Positions 1 through 17,214 of a stretch of 64,000 bases of DNA are shown piece by piece. The notes below the pieces were generated by a model, which saw nothing but the letters and a program-made list of their open reading frames with translations, was not told where the DNA came from and ran no database searches. Each line of letters opens with the position of its first letter. Positions within the stretch are counted from its first letter, which is position 1. Source of the stretch: the human T2T-CHM13v2.0 reference genome, Homo sapiens; NCBI RefSeq assembly GCF_009914755.1, contig NC_060947.1; one strand, written 5' to 3'. Made by a program: the position numbers and the translations under genes.

Positions 1-800
1 ATTCATGCCTTGATTTTACAGGTTAGGAAATCAAGGCACACAGAGAGGGTGACTTATTTCCAAAGGGCTACACCACTTGTAAGTGGAAGATGTTGGAAAT
101 CGACATACAGGCCAGCAGCTTGTGTGAGACCTGTGGACAGCCACCAAGAGTTCATCCCATCTCATGTCAACCACAGAGATTACATCTTGTCCCCTTTTGT
201 TACCAGTTTGTGTCTCTGTGCCTTTGCACATCCTATCACACTGGCCTTCAAGCTGACACTTTTATACTCTGGGTTTTTTTAAGGTCGTTAGGCTGAGAAG
301 TAGTAGAAGCCTTTCTTTTTAAATAAAGTCCAATGATCATGGAAAATGAGGCTCATTTTACCCTGAGCCCAAGGAAATGTATAAATCTGGACTCATGTGT
401 ACCTCTCCATTTATCTTATCACTCCTGCTTTCCATTCCTGCTATTGCCTCTTTCATTCAGTACTTTATTATCTTTCATCTGCACTATTACTGTAGCCTTC
501 TAACTACTCATCCTGTCACCCCACACAAACATTGCCTACACAGCAGGTTTATGGAGTGCCTATTCTATGTTAGTTACTATGATAGGAAAGAGCTTTTCAT
601 ACATTCAATAACATGTTGTGAGCTATGGGTTATTATCTCATCTCCATTTCATAAGTAAAGAAGCTGAGGCTTGGAGAGATAAAGGGACCTGCCCAAGGTT
701 ACCCAACTAGAAAGGGGTGGCAGAGCTGGGATTTGGAATCCAGTTCTCCTTACGCCTGGTCCAATGGTCTTTTTGGTATTCCATGTTGCAGAAGCCTGGG

Positions 801-1307
801 TGTGGTAGGCTGAATAATGCCCCCTGCATAGATGTCCATATCCTAATCCCTGGAGCCTATGAATATATGACCTTACTTGGCAAAAGCTAGTTTGCAGATG
901 TGATTAAGTTGAGGATCTTGAGATGGAGAGATTATCCTGGATTTTTCCTGTGAACCCAGTGATATCATCCCTGTGAGCCCAGTGTTATAAGGGCCCTTAA
1001 AACAGGGAGTCAGGAGATCAGAGTGGGCAGTTTTGGAGATGTGATGACAGATGCCAGTGGTTGGAGTGATGCAAGGAAGGGATCACATGCCAAGGATTCA
1101 AGAGGCCTCTGGAAGTCAGAAAAGGCAAGGCAAGGAATCCTGTCCTAGAGCCTCCAGAAGGAATCAGCCCTGCCAACACTCTGACTTTAGCCCAGTGAAA
1201 CTGATTTCAGACTTCTGACCTCGAGAACTGGAAGATAATAGATTTGTGTTGTTTTAAGCCACAAAGTTTGGGGTAATTTGTTACAGCGGCAATAGGAAAT
1301 TAATACA
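801..1307 (+). mobile_element. MLT1D-like MaLR solo LTR
   Basis: tgtggtaggctgaataatg...ctagagcctccagaagga...ggaaattaataca. Confidence 0.8.
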
Positions 1308-4139
1308 TTGGTTTCAAGGGTTAGTATGTGGAGACAATTCAAAAACTAGGTCCTGGTTATATCGCTGCTTGGCGGTGGTTACTGCCCAAGAGGCATTTGG
1401 TTGCAATACTACAAGTGTTCCTACATAGCCAGGAAACAGCAGCATTGTTGGCCTGAGATGCCAAAATGCCAGTGGCCAGGAAGCCCAGCAGAGGGCACAC
1501 TCTGCAGGGAGAAAGTAATCCTTGGAAAGGCTCTGCTCCTGTTTAGCTGGATAAATAGGACACTTTTTGCACTTCTGGGTTGCTCTGAATTTGTTGCATC
1601 TTAGCTGGGATTCATGCAAGCCAGAGTAGCTCTTCAGGGACCTAGCATGGTCCCTGAAGACATTTTCATTTGTCACTCAGGACTCAGAACCTTCTTGCTC
1701 CATTAAAAAAAGGATTTATATAGTTACAACTAGTAGGCTGAAATCCTTCCGTCCCCTGCAGAATAGAGTTGAGTAAAAACACACATACCTTTTTGGCCGA
1801 TGTCCATGGCTTGTGGAATGGGGTGGGGTGAGGGGAGAAAATATATATTCAATTAATGTTTCTAGCTTTTTTCATTGCAAATCTTTCTTGAAGTGTATTC
1901 TTCAAGAAAGACACCAGTCAGGGGGTCATGCTAGGCTGAGTTTTATATAGCAGCCCTCCAACTCTCAGAAAGCGATTTCCACCTTTTTCCTAAGGAAGAA
2001 CTGGTTTCGTTCACTAGGGGGTAAGATTTGTGGGTTGCAGAAGGGGTCAGGGGGTTTGTAACAATGGCTGGGAGTATTTGGAATGTGAAAAGAATATAAT
2101 ATTATTATTAATATTAGTAATATTCACCTCTTATCACAATCCTTGCAAGATCTCTAAGAGGTGATATTATCACCATTTCATAACTTGGGAAGGCTACCAC
2201 AAAAAAGTTAATTGAAGCTAATTAAATTGCCCAAGTTTCTATACCTAGCAAGTGGTAGAACTGGGATTTGAACTCAGGTCTGCCAAGCTCTATGTGTCCC
2301 ACCTGTTCTCTCCAGAATGTAAGTTGCTGACCAGAGATGGAATGCAAGCTGTGTGGCATCATCCTATAGCCTTGAAAACCTGCATCCACCCTCAAGAAGG
2401 ATGCCACCTCCTGCCATTCCAGGGTAGAATGCTGCCAGCCTTCATGCAACATCATTGTGATTTGAGCCAAGACAGACCCATCCTGTGCTTCTTCTCTAGA
2501 AGCTTAGCATTGTCTGTCAGCTTGTCCCCGAGCACTCATGTGCTCTGGTCTTTACATTGTCATGTCTCAGTGATCTGGCTTCTTTGAGCTGTGGCCCACT
2601 CATTCCTTTCCCTAATTTGTAGACCATCTCCTATACCCTGGATCAGTGTTTCATCTAGCACTCCCGGTAACTGGCTTCTTCACCTCAGGCAACAGAGCAC
2701 CCCAGGAAAACTCTGGCTCAGAACAGTGAAAATGAATAAGAGGAGGGTAAAAGCTGCCCGTGCAAGGAATCTTTTGGAGAACAGGGAGTGGGCACTAGTC
2801 ATTGGCTTGGGAGGACTGACCTACCTAGGTGAAATTGTGATGACCATTTGGGAACTCTTGCTCTAGGTAGGTACCTGTTATCCCTGAAAAATACTTTTAC
2901 ATTCAGCTCCAGTTAGATCTGCCCAGTGCTACTTCTCCTCCCACCGGGTCTGATTGTCCCATTTGGTTCAGTCCAGCCAGCATGCCCTTTAGGCCCGCAT
3001 GCCAATGGGAACTTCACATTATGAATTTAGAGTAAATGTGATTTGTGATTACAGGTGGGTTCTACCAGAACTAGAGTCATATGCTCCTCCAGCACTTTTT
3101 TTCTCTACTTTCTCCCTTTCTTCCCTGGAACTAGATTCTGCTTTTTAATCAGCTCATCAAGAATCTTGGCAGCTTCTGAAAGTTGTGCTGCTTGAGGTAT
3201 GGAAAATCGCTGCATTGGCTTAGGCAGTGGAGGAAAGGTGAACAATAACAGGCAGGTGGTAAAAGACATCTGTTGTGCGTCTTTTAGAAGTCATACTCAC
3301 CCCTGGAGGCAACTTGGCCTCCTCCTCCTCAAGAGTTTGGGATTCTTTTTCCAATCCCTCAAGAGTCTACGTAAGCATCAGATTGCTGGGAGCAAGCAGC
3401 TGTGCTGAGCCACGGGGGAGCTCAGGGCAGCGCAACTGTGCTTTCAATTTATCTATCTCTGACTCACATAACTCACGAGAATTCTACTACAACACCTGCT
3501 TGCTAAGCTTTGCAAACTGCTCTCAGTTATCTGACGGTAATTCATAGGTAATCATTAGATGCTCTAAATCAACTGTCCTTAGCTATTGTTTTTGAACTAT
3601 GGAACTATTTTAGAATCTTATGGGAGCTATGGATTTTCTAAAAAATGCACATGTTCACATGTAAACACATCGTACACACAAATTCAGGGTCCTCACAGAC
3701 TCCCTAAAGATCATGCATGTATCTTAAGTCAATATCCCTGAAGAGTTGATAAGATCTTCTGTTAATACAATGCATCATTTCTTATTTTCTTATTCCCAGG
3801 CAACCTACAATTAAGGAACAGACTTTATAAACACATACACTTAATCTGCTTTCTTAACACAAGGAAAGTATGGCCCACATCCATTCTTTTAGACTTGTGT
3901 TTTGCTTCCATCCGACACTTAAGTCTTCAGCATGGGAGAAGGTAAGTACACGATGGCATGCTGTTTAGATTTATGGGTCCTCTCAAATCAGTTTTCCTGA
4001 TGGTGATGTTGTTTTGGATCAATTGAAATAAGTGGGTGAAAACATTGAAAAATTAAAGGTGCTTCTACCAAGAGAACTTTTCTGCAGTGTTTGATAATAA
4101 TGATCACCTTTCACTCCCTTTTACTTTAATATAATTTTG

Positions 4140-4430
4140 TGTTTTTTTTAGAGACAGGGTCTTGCTCTGTCACCCAGGGTGGTGTGCAGTGGCACAATCA
4201 CAGCTCTCTGCAGCTTCATCCTCCTGGGCCCAAGTGATCCTCCCACCTCAACCTCCCAAGTAGCTAGGACTATAGGCTCACACCACCATGCCTGGATTTT
4301 TTTTTTATTTTTTGTAGAAATGGGGGCCTCATTATGTTGCCCAGGTTGGTCCCGAATGCCTAACCTCAAGCAATCCTCCCACCTTGGCCTCTAAAAGTGT
4401 TGGGATTACAGATGTGAACAACTGGGCCCC
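4140..4430 (-). mobile_element. AluJ
   Basis: Diverged dimeric Alu. Confidence 0.85.
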
Positions 4431-5924
4431 TCCCCTTTTCTTTTAGAATACACGTTCTCCCGCTTTTTCATCTTCCTCTGTCATCCTCCTTCTCAGTCTC
4501 CTTTATTGACTCCTCCAGTATTTTTAACTGATTTACCAATTGAATTCATTAGTTTTCTTCCAAACCAGTCTTCTTGCCTGTTTTACCTTAGCAAAGTGTG
4601 TCACACCCAATTAGTGTCTCAAGCTGGAAACCTAAGCATCATCCTTAGATGTTTCCTCACTACCCACATCTACTTGAATCAGCATGTTGTGGCTATGAAA
4701 TCTGTTGACTTTGTTTGCTCCTGCTCATCACAGCCAACTGGTATCCTAACTGATCTCCCAGCATCAAGACTTGCATGCCTTCAATCCATCCCCCACACTG
4801 GTTCCAAAGTGATCAAAGAGAAAATTGACCACGTCACTCCCAGGCTCAAAGAAACATGCTCGGATTATGTTTTTGTCCCCACATATGTTTTCCTTATAGG
4901 GTGAGCATGTTCACCTTTATATTCTCAGCACCTAAAGCAGTGTCTGCCTATAGCAAGTCCTCAACAAAAGTGGTCAGCTGGTTGACTGGTTGAATGACTG
5001 AATGATTAAGCTATATGATCACTTCTCATTGCCTACTAGCTAGAATCAGAACTTCTTGGCTTCATCTACAAGGCCCTTAACAAAATGGCCAGAACTCTTC
5101 CATCCTTATCTTCAGCCATTACCACTCTGCCCCATCCCATCCCCTGGTCACATCATATGCTTTTCACACTTTGATGCTTTTGCCTCTGGTGGTTCCACTG
5201 CTTGAAATGCTGTTTCTGTGTGGTACCCATCCTGCGTCTTCCATCTACATGTGACTGCCTTCAAGGCCAAGCTCAACAGTCACCTGACTCTATGTGACTT
5301 TCCCTGACAATCTACTTTCCACCCCCAGCTTCCTCTGACCCCCAGCACCAGAATTAATTATCCCTCAGCTGGTTCTAAAGGCATTTCACTCATACATTCA
5401 ATATGACATTCATCACCTTGAATACAAAGTACTTATTTATATCTGTAACTATCTTGTAACACCGTGAGCTGCTCAAGGGCAGGTACTGGGTCATGTGGTC
5501 TTATTCACTGTAGTATCCCCAGCATCTAGGCCAGTGTCTGGGCACTGACAAACAAAGGATGTGCCTTTATGTTGGTGTCATGTGTGTTCTTATTTATTTT
5601 TATTTAAAATACATTTTTTTTTTTAGTTTGGAACAATACCAGCATGGAACACCATCTTCTTTGCTGTCACCTGGAGACAAATCACCATCATCCGTCGTCT
5701 GATTTATTGTAGAGCTTCCAAACTGGTCTTCCTGCTTCTACTGTAGGCACCCCCTGCCCCCTCCCTGGTCTGTTATCAACACAGCAGCTAAGGTGAACCT
5801 ACTAAAATGTACATCAGATCAAAGTTCTTTGGTGACTCCCTACCTCACATTGAGTAAATTCCAAAGCCAGTACCCAGCATGGCCATGTTTGATCTGTTCT
5901 CTTTACCTCAACTTATCCTGTGTA

Positions 5925-6150
5925 TAGGGGTTAAGAGTGCAGACTTTGGAGCTATATGACCTGGATTCAAATCCTGGTTCTACCATTTACCAGCTGTGTG
6001 ACCTAGGGCAAGCAACCTAACCTCTCTGTGCCTCTCTTTTCTCATTTACCAAGTGAGGATAATAATATCTGCCTCATAGGGTTGTTGCAAGAAGTAAATG
6101 AATTTATACATGTAAAGTACCTAGAACAGTGTCAGGTACATGGTAGGTAC
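5925..6150 (+). mobile_element. MIR
   Basis: ggttaagagtgcagactttggag..ggattcaaatcctggttctaccatttaccagctgtgtgacc MIR core. Confidence 0.7.
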
Positions 6151-6250
6151 TAAGTAAGATTTTCTCAAATAAACAAAAATCTATCATTCTCCCCCTTGCC
6201 TACTCCTCTCCAGCCACACTGGCCTCCTTTCTGTTTCTGAAATACACTCA

Positions 6251-6497
<247 letters not shown>

Positions 6498-8654
6498 GGA
6501 AAATTCTAACCATATAGAAATGAACAAAGGGAAAATAAAATAAAGTCTTCTCTACCCCTACCCTCATCTGTTTTCCTAAAGGTAATCATAGTTGTGTGAT
6601 TTTTCAATTTCATTAACCAGTAAGTATATTGGTTGCATTCTATGTATATAGGAAAATGTTCGAGGCTTGAGGTTCTGAGGGGCTTATAAATGCAGATCCT
6701 TTACCTTCCAGGATTTCATGGTCTTTCTGGGAGAAGAACATAAAGGAGTTCTGTAGTGTTACAGAGTTCAGAAGTGAGAGCCATCACTGTGGGCACATAA
6801 GATCGGGAAAGGTTTCCTGCATGATGAATGACTTGTTGGGGGCTTGGGGCTTGGGCAGATTTCAGTGAGAGAGAGGAGGGTGGTCCAGGGCTATGAGGCT
6901 CTCTCAGCAGAGGTGCCTAGGTGGGATGATGAAAGGGGCCTTCGAGGGAATGGATAGAAGTGGAGCCCGGCTTAAGTTGAGTTTTTTAGTGGGGGAGCAG
7001 TGACAGAAGAGAATGGAGAGTAGGGGCTGGGGCAGCTAGAAGAGTACTGAAAGAGCTAGGAGGCATGTACTAATGGCTCAGATAGGACTGTGACTGGAAG
7101 AGACACATTTTATAGATACTTCAATAGTACAATTGTTAGGACTTGGTGAGTGAATGGATATGTTGAGGTGAAGAATAGGGAAGACTGAAATATGAAACCC
7201 ATGTTTTTGAGTATGGGCAACCAGGAAAATGGTGATAATATTGCCCAAAATAGGGAAGTCTGGAGGAAAAACTGTTTGGGGGTGTGGTGTGGTGGTGGGA
7301 AGTTGGGAGATGACTCTGGCTAGATAGTTCAGCCTTTCCTTGAATGTGGGGACTGCCTTTGACTACCTTAGCATTACCCTCAGAAGCTAGAACTAAATAC
7401 TGCATAGAATATTTTCTAAATGGATGCTATTGGTGGAGATCACTTATAGCCACCTTGGATGCCAAACCCTCGTTCTACTTTCAGATGTTAGATTCAGAGG
7501 GTCCTCTGCATCCCCACCTCTTTTCAACTCAGACTTACGGGTATCTCTAGGCATCATCTTACCTACCAATTCCTGCCAAATGCAAGTACATCTATGGAAA
7601 ATCCGACTTCCTTGCTTCGTTATTTACTTCAGGATCTCCTAGGGTGATCAACCATCATGGTTTGTTCTGGGGTTGCCAATTTTAGCTCCAAAAGTCAGAA
7701 GTCTCAGAAACCTCTCAGTTCCAGGAAAACTGGAGCAATATTCAGCTCTCTCACCTTCAGAATACCTCTGCTGAACCTACCAGCTGCATAGTAATAATAG
7801 CCTTCTCATGTTCTCAATCTAAATTGGTCTTATTCTACTCTTTTGCTCCAGCTTCTCTCGGAACACTGATGACTAATCCCCAGGTATAGTCTTAACTCTC
7901 TCATTTCACAGCCATTTGAAGAAGTCAGCAAGATAATGCTGCATGCTAGTTTACCACTCTGCAATGGCTACTTCAACCCACAACTAAGCAACCTGAGATT
8001 CCTAGGAGCAGATAAACCCCATGTGCAATCTGTCACTGTTTAGCTTTCATTGCCAAGATAATTTTACAAAGTTAATGAATAGCTGGGTTGGAATGGGGAG
8101 GGGGGAACAGACACAGAATGAATGAGGAGGAACTGTCATTGGTGGGCAGCCTCTGTTCTCCTTCTTGGCAGGACATTGGTTACATGGTGGGCCACTTGAG
8201 GGTACAGTTGTTATCATCATCAAAATGCTTTTATGAAGGACCTAATATCTGGTGCTCTGAGTTAGGCCGCACAGCTCTGGACTTTCACTTTTAGAACATC
8301 ATAGTCCAAGAGCAGGTATTGATGTGGACACATGCAAAATGGATTCAAACTGTCAATATGGGTTAAATCACATATTATACATTAATAATCTCTTCCACTG
8401 GTTTCTAGATATTTCTGGTTGAAATCTATCAAGCAAATATATCTTGTCCCCTTAATTATAATATTAGCTCCTTGAAGGCAGAGGACCCACCCTGATACTC
8501 CTGTCTACAGACCTTAGCTGTACAGGACAAATCTAGATGTTCAGTAAGGACTGATTAAATCAACCTGACCTGACGGGTGCAGGTAGAGTACCTTTCAAGT
8601 TAATTTATTCCTTTGAGCCTCATTTCTTCCTCTACAAAATGAGGGTGGAAATTT

Positions 8655-9312
<658 letters not shown>

Positions 9313-9862
9313 TAGGTATTCGATTCAGCCTATAGAAGCACACTGGTCTGTTGCCTATGTATTGGGATAAGGACAACAGAAGATTTACCTTTTCACCTAT
9401 CTTCTTCACTTTTCTGCCATGACAGGGATGCTTTGATGGGTCTGTGCTTTAGCAACTGACTAGGAGCGAAGGTCCAAGTGGGACTCTGGACTGGGAGCGA
9501 GGGCTGAGACTAAAGTCGCCACATCAGGCTGCTTGTTCCGTTCACTCAGCAAATATTTATAGCTAATCTAACCAGTTTCAGATATCGTTCAAGAGGTGGG
9601 GGTCCTGCAACAGCCCAGGCTTGTGCCTTTACCCCATTTCACAGAGAAGAAAAAGCGAAAAACTAGAGAAAAACCACCTCTCCAAGAGGTAACCGCACGC
9701 AGCGCGGAAGGCTGCTAGTGCGCAGGCGCCACGCCCCGGTACGCCCCGGCTCTTCCGGCGCGAGGTCACCGAATCGACTGGCCACTGGCGCCGGGGCCGC
9801 GCATGCGCTGCGCTGCCTTTCCCGGGCGCTGATTCCTGAGTGCTGAGCGCGAACCCGAGGAG

Positions 9863-9867
9863 ATGAA
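9863..9867 (+). CDS. RBMX2: RBMX2 exon 1, coding part (ATG AA)
   Basis: GAGATGAA|GTAAGG donor; joins exon 2 to give MNPLTKVKL, the RBMX2 N-terminus. Confidence 0.9.
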
Positions 9868-10084
9868 GTAAGGCGTCAGCTTCCTTTTGAGGAAGGAGCA
9901 GCGGGCCACTGGGGGTGGTCCACCGGGACTGGTGTGGTAGAGCGTCTGCGGGGCCGAGGGGCGGGAGCGGCGCGGGGACTGGAACAGCTCGTCCCCTAGT
10001 TTTGCTCTTCCTCAGCTCCGGCCGGTTCGCACTTACTTGTCTGCTTTTCTGCCTACCCTCCCCACCCCCCCCGCCACCGTGAAG

Positions 10085-10200
10085 CCCTTTAACTAAGGTG
10101 AAGCTGATCAACGAGCTGAATGAACGAGAGGTCCAGCTTGGGGTGGCCGATAAGGTGTCCTGGCACTCCGAGTACAAGGACAGCGCCTGGATCTTCCTGG
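10085..10200 (+). CDS. RBMX2: RBMX2 exon 2 (116 nt)
   Basis: gaag|CCCTTTAACT...TTCCTGG|gtgagg; encodes PLTKVKLINELNEREVQLGVADKVSWHSEYKDSAWIFL (start of the RRM). Confidence 0.95.
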
Positions 10201-11180
10201 GTGAGGTCCACATCTTTCTTCCTCAGTGCTCTCCAGATTCTCCTGCTCGGTTTCCGACTATTTCGGCATTTTCACCCTTCACTCCTGCTTACATTCATCG
10301 CCCACCTTCATATCCATCTGCTGTCTGCCCGGGAATCCGTGTTACATCTCTTTTCTGCCCCATTTTTAGTTTTCCTTCCCTGCCAAATCAGTGCTCATGA
10401 GAGTTACTGTTTGCCATTTGCTGTGCTAAGGTTCAGGGACTGTTGTTATTTCTCTCTCACCCTCTGACCCATTATACTGCTGAGGAAATTGGGGTGCAGA
10501 GAAGTTAAGGGACTTCCTTAAGGTCACATAGCTAGTAAGCGCAACAGGCAGAACTATAGCATTCTAGAACTCTTGGTCTTAGCCACAGCTCCATATTGCT
10601 ACCACCACCCTCCCCCATTCCCCTTCCCTTCCAGAATTCACTTTGCTCCTCTAGCTCCTGCTTTCTAGTCCATGGCCACGTTACCATTACTGTATTCACT
10701 TTATATCACAATCAGTAATTGTACAAGTTTGATGCTTCAAAGAGGTTATTGTACCAAACATTGTGCTAAGCACTTTATATACATCGTTTTATTTAACTCT
10801 TATAATAATCTTGCGAGTTACGTGCTAATATCCCCATCTTACAAATGAGGAAATAAATATTTGGAGGGGAAATTATTCCCTAGGAAATGCTTAACAGTGT
10901 CTTTATAACCTTTGTCTATGTGTAGGTGGGGTTAATCATGACATATGTAGACTGATTTTGTATCATAGCTGTAAATTTGTGGGTAATGAGCAGATGAATT
11001 CAACATGTTTGTGGAAGCAGAGGTTTGTGATGGAAACTATCTGCTTTGTCCATAGGATTTTGGGTGGCAGGAGGACTGAGTGATCAGATTAGTTTCGTTA
11101 GTGGTGACCCCGACTTCCACTCAAAATTAATTACTCCTTTTTCTGTACTACTGGCACCTTACATGTACTTCTGTCATTGA

Positions 11181-11503
<323 letters not shown>

Positions 11504-11631
11504 AGACTTGATTTCTTTAAGGGCAGGGCCTGTTGCTTACTGTTTCCACCCCTAGTGCCTGGCCTAGTGCGTGGTATGTAGTAAACACTTGGTAAATGTT
11601 GGTGGAACTGAAATGTGGTTTTCTCTTCTAG

Positions 11632-11683
11632 GAGGGCTTCCTTATGAACTGACTGAAGGGGACATCATCTGTGTGTTCTCACA
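11632..11683 (+). CDS. RBMX2: RBMX2 exon 3 (52 nt)
   Basis: ttctcttctag|GAGGGCTT...TCACA|gtaagt; encodes [17 protein letters not shown], in phase with both neighbours. Confidence 0.95.
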
Positions 11684-12919
11684 GTAAGTGTCCTTTCATT
11701 TCCTGCCTCCTGAGTCGACAGAGTACTTTGTTTCTGTAATACATTTTGTGGCATCACAAAAACCACTTATTTTCACTCTAGGCTGAATGGCATCCCTGCA
11801 TGGGGAGGGCTGGAGCTTCTGTTCTAGATCAGTCCCAGGACATGGTTCTAGAATGTTCTGTGGGAGATCCAAGAGGTTTGTTAATTTGGGAGGGCATCTT
11901 GGGGATCCTAGTCTATTTCTGTTGTTTTTCACTGAGGCTTGTTCAGCCTGGGCCTAGACTGGAACAGACTGGACTCCTTGGGCTCTTGCAAACTAGGGGT
12001 AACCCATGGTCACAGGGCCCTTCTGGCCCTTACCTGTGTGGCGTCATACGATTGGGGCAAAGCACAGAGGAAATTGGGGTAAAAAACAGAAGGTCGTAGT
12101 TTGCTTTCTTTGTTTCTCGATGAGTGTAAGGTTAGTGAGCAAAGGCAATCTCTGCCTGGAGGCTGAGAATCACAGCCCGAAGGGAACAAGAATGAATAGG
12201 AGACCTGTATATTCTTCATTCTGCTGAGGTGTTAGCAGCAGCATTTCATGGGAGAGGGTGTTGGCAGCTCATACTGGTAGTAGCAGCTGGTAGGAGAGGG
12301 GCTGGGCAGCTGGCCTGCAACCCCAGAGCTAAACAGCACAGTTAGTCCACAGGGCTAGAGGACCTTGGCACAGGTGCAGAGGACCACTACGTTTGGGTTT
12401 TGTAGTCCTTGGAAGCATAGTACTGTTTCAGAGAAGTTGGACAGCATGTACAGGTAGCGGACCATGGCAAAAGGGGCTGGCCAAGCGAACACCGGTAGCA
12501 TACACTGGCAGAGGGATTGCTATGGGACCATCCATGGACAGAGGGCCCTGGCCGAGTGGTTGAGCCACTTATGGGGCAGCAAGACATGGGAAAGGAATTG
12601 GGCAATACCCGTGAGAAGAAGGCTGTGATAGAGAACCTGGGCAACCCACACAGGTGGAGGGCCCTGGCAGGGACAAAGATTGCTTCCTCCAACTTCTGGA
12701 TGTTGGGAAGTTCACAGCAGGTGCAGCCTATAATTTCTACCCCTTTGTGGTACTTCTACTCAGCCTTCCATCTTGGAGCTGTTCTACTTGCATTAAGTAA
12801 TGATGAGCTAACGTGTGCATGTTTGTTTATTCTAATTATCTATTCTCTATTCTGGTTACGCACGTTGCTCTCCATGAAGATTGCCTTTGCCGCTGATAAC
12901 AGTGCCTTTCAAAAAACTA

Positions 12920-13472
<553 letters not shown>

Positions 13473-13601
13473 TTAGTGAAAGAGGAATATGGATCAATAT
13501 GTTAGCATTTTAAAGATGTTTTATAAACATTGCCAAATTGCTCTCCAAAAGGTTGTACCAATTTCCACACTCATTAGAATGCCCATTTTTCTGAATCCTG
13601 A

Positions 13602-13982
<381 letters not shown>

Positions 13983-14187
13983 TGCTTTGCCTTTATTTCA
14001 TCATCAGTGAGGTTGAACATCTGTTTATAGATTTGCAGCCCATTATTTTTCTTTGTAAATTGTCTATTCATATCCTTTGCCAACTTTCTTCTACAAGTAT
14101 TTTCCTTATTTTCTTGTTGATTTTACATGAGCCCTTCATGTATGAAGGATATTAACTCTTTGCAGTACTTTGTTGTGTATTGTATTA

Positions 14188-14845
<658 letters not shown>

Positions 14846-15494
14846 CTATGGACTTATTTTTTCTTAATTTGATATGTTATACTTATCATTATTCTTTCTT
14901 GATGCTCAAATTTTCCCTATTTGAGGGTCAACATGAGTTCCTTCAAGCCAGTGCCTGTATTCTTTTTTTTTTTTTAATTCTTGTTTTGAAATAATTTCAG
15001 GCTTAATACAGGAACATTATCAAATGGCATAAAGAATACCTGTATCTCCTTCACCCAGATCCCCCAGCTGTTAGCATTTTAATTTAGTTGATTGTTCTGA
15101 GAAAGGGCCTTGCTCTGACACCCACGCTGGAGTGCAGTGTTAAGACCGTAGCTCACTGTAGCCTTGAGCTCTTGGGCTACTGTCATATGTAATCTACAGA
15201 AAGGTAGTGTTACTTCCTTTTTTCATTTCTTGTATCTGTTTTATCTAATTGCATTGGCCTATACCTCCAATTTAGTATTAAATAGTTCCTAAACTTAGTT
15301 GAATTGGCTCTAGTATTTCTCATTAAGTAGGATGCTGGATTTTGGGCTGAAGTGTATGTATGTGATTATGTAACATATCTATCAATTCCTATTTTCTTTT
15401 TATGACTTTATTTTTAAATTTATAAACCTCTAACTTACCTGGAATTTATCTTTTTGTAAGGCGTAAGGTAGTTTGTTTTTCTAATGTTTTTTCT

Positions 15495-16147
<653 letters not shown>

Positions 16148-17084
16148 TAACTGCCATCTGCTTTCATTAGGTTTGCTTTCTTCCTTTATGTTCATCCTTT
16201 CTCTTCACAATAAAATTCTTTTAAAATTACAAATTTTCCTGAGTATGACGTTAGCCACATTTCATAAGTTTTGGTGTATATTCTCATTTTTGCTATTTTC
16301 TAAATAGTCTGCCATTTATTTTTTTTTAATTTTGCTTCGTCTTCTCTTTCATGCTGTTGTTAGGAGAGTAGCTTTCAAGTTCTAGTTAGGTAACTTTTTT
16401 TTATTTAAAATATCATTTCCAGCTTTATAACATTATAACTGGAAACATGGTCTGTTCTGTTTTTTGTAGTATAATTATTGAGGTTTACATTGAGACCTAA
16501 TCCATAGTCAATTTTAATACATGCTTCATGGATTCTTGAAAATGTCATCTTGTAGGATTCAAAGATATCTATGTATCTAATAGTCCTACATTAATATTTG
16601 TTATTATAACAGAGTAATTATGTATATTAATTAATCTGATTTTAGTTTATTTCTGTCCACTTTGTGCGTGATAAACTTCAAAGTGATGTGTTAAATTCTC
16701 CCATAACTTTCTCTATTAGTTTCTTTTTGCATTTCAAATAGCTTTTTTAATTAAAATTTTTGATTTCTTAATTGGCTCATAACGTTTTCCTGGCTTATAC
16801 CTTTGTTGTGTATTTAGGCCTTTTTCAGTGTAAAATAATCTTCTTAGTCTCATGTGATATTTTTATTTTGGCCTTGAATTAGTCTTTGCTCTGGATATTG
16901 CCACCCATTTTTTAATTGGGGGTTCCTGTTCTTGTCTGACTTTTTCTTTGCAACCTTTCTATGTCATCTTGTTCTAGATGCATCTCTTGTATACACTATA
17001 TTATTTGAATTTTGTTTTATTACCTTATCTGCATGTTTTTGCCTTTTAAGTCAACAGTGTCTTACTCTTTTATAAAATAAATAG

Positions 17085-17214
17085 ATATGGGGAGATTGTT
17101 AACATTAATCTCGTGCGGGACAAGAAAACTGGGAAATCCAAAGGATTCTGTTTCCTCTGCTATGAAGACCAGAGGAGCACAATTCTGGCCGTCGACAATT
17201 TTAATGGGATCAAG
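17085..17214 (+). CDS. RBMX2: RBMX2 exon 4 (130 nt), contains RNP1 KGFCFLCY
   Basis: aaatag|ATATGGG...ATCAAG|gtgagt; encodes [44 protein letters not shown]. Confidence 0.95.

Larger units (their letters stand above)
9690..10200 (+). promoter_or_regulatory. CpG-island, TATA-less promoter of RBMX2 with NRF1, ETS and SP/KLF motifs
   Basis: CpG-dense against CpG-poor flanks. Perfect NRF1 palindrome GCGCATGCGC 9799-9808; NRF1-like TGCGCAGGCGC 9719-9729; ETS core CTTCCGG 9752-9758; ACGCCCCGG twice (9731, 9741). All lie just upstream of the ATG at 9863. Confidence 0.85.

Noticed and set aside
3295-3430. CTCF-like motifs (cctccagggggtg on -, gccacgggggagctc on +)
   Set aside because: Imperfect matches by eye; cannot be supported without a PWM scan or ChIP data.
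9629-10213. 194-aa antisense ORF over the RBMX2 promoter and exons 1-2
   Set aside because: Non-domain-like translation; long ORFs are expected by chance in a GC-rich CpG island.
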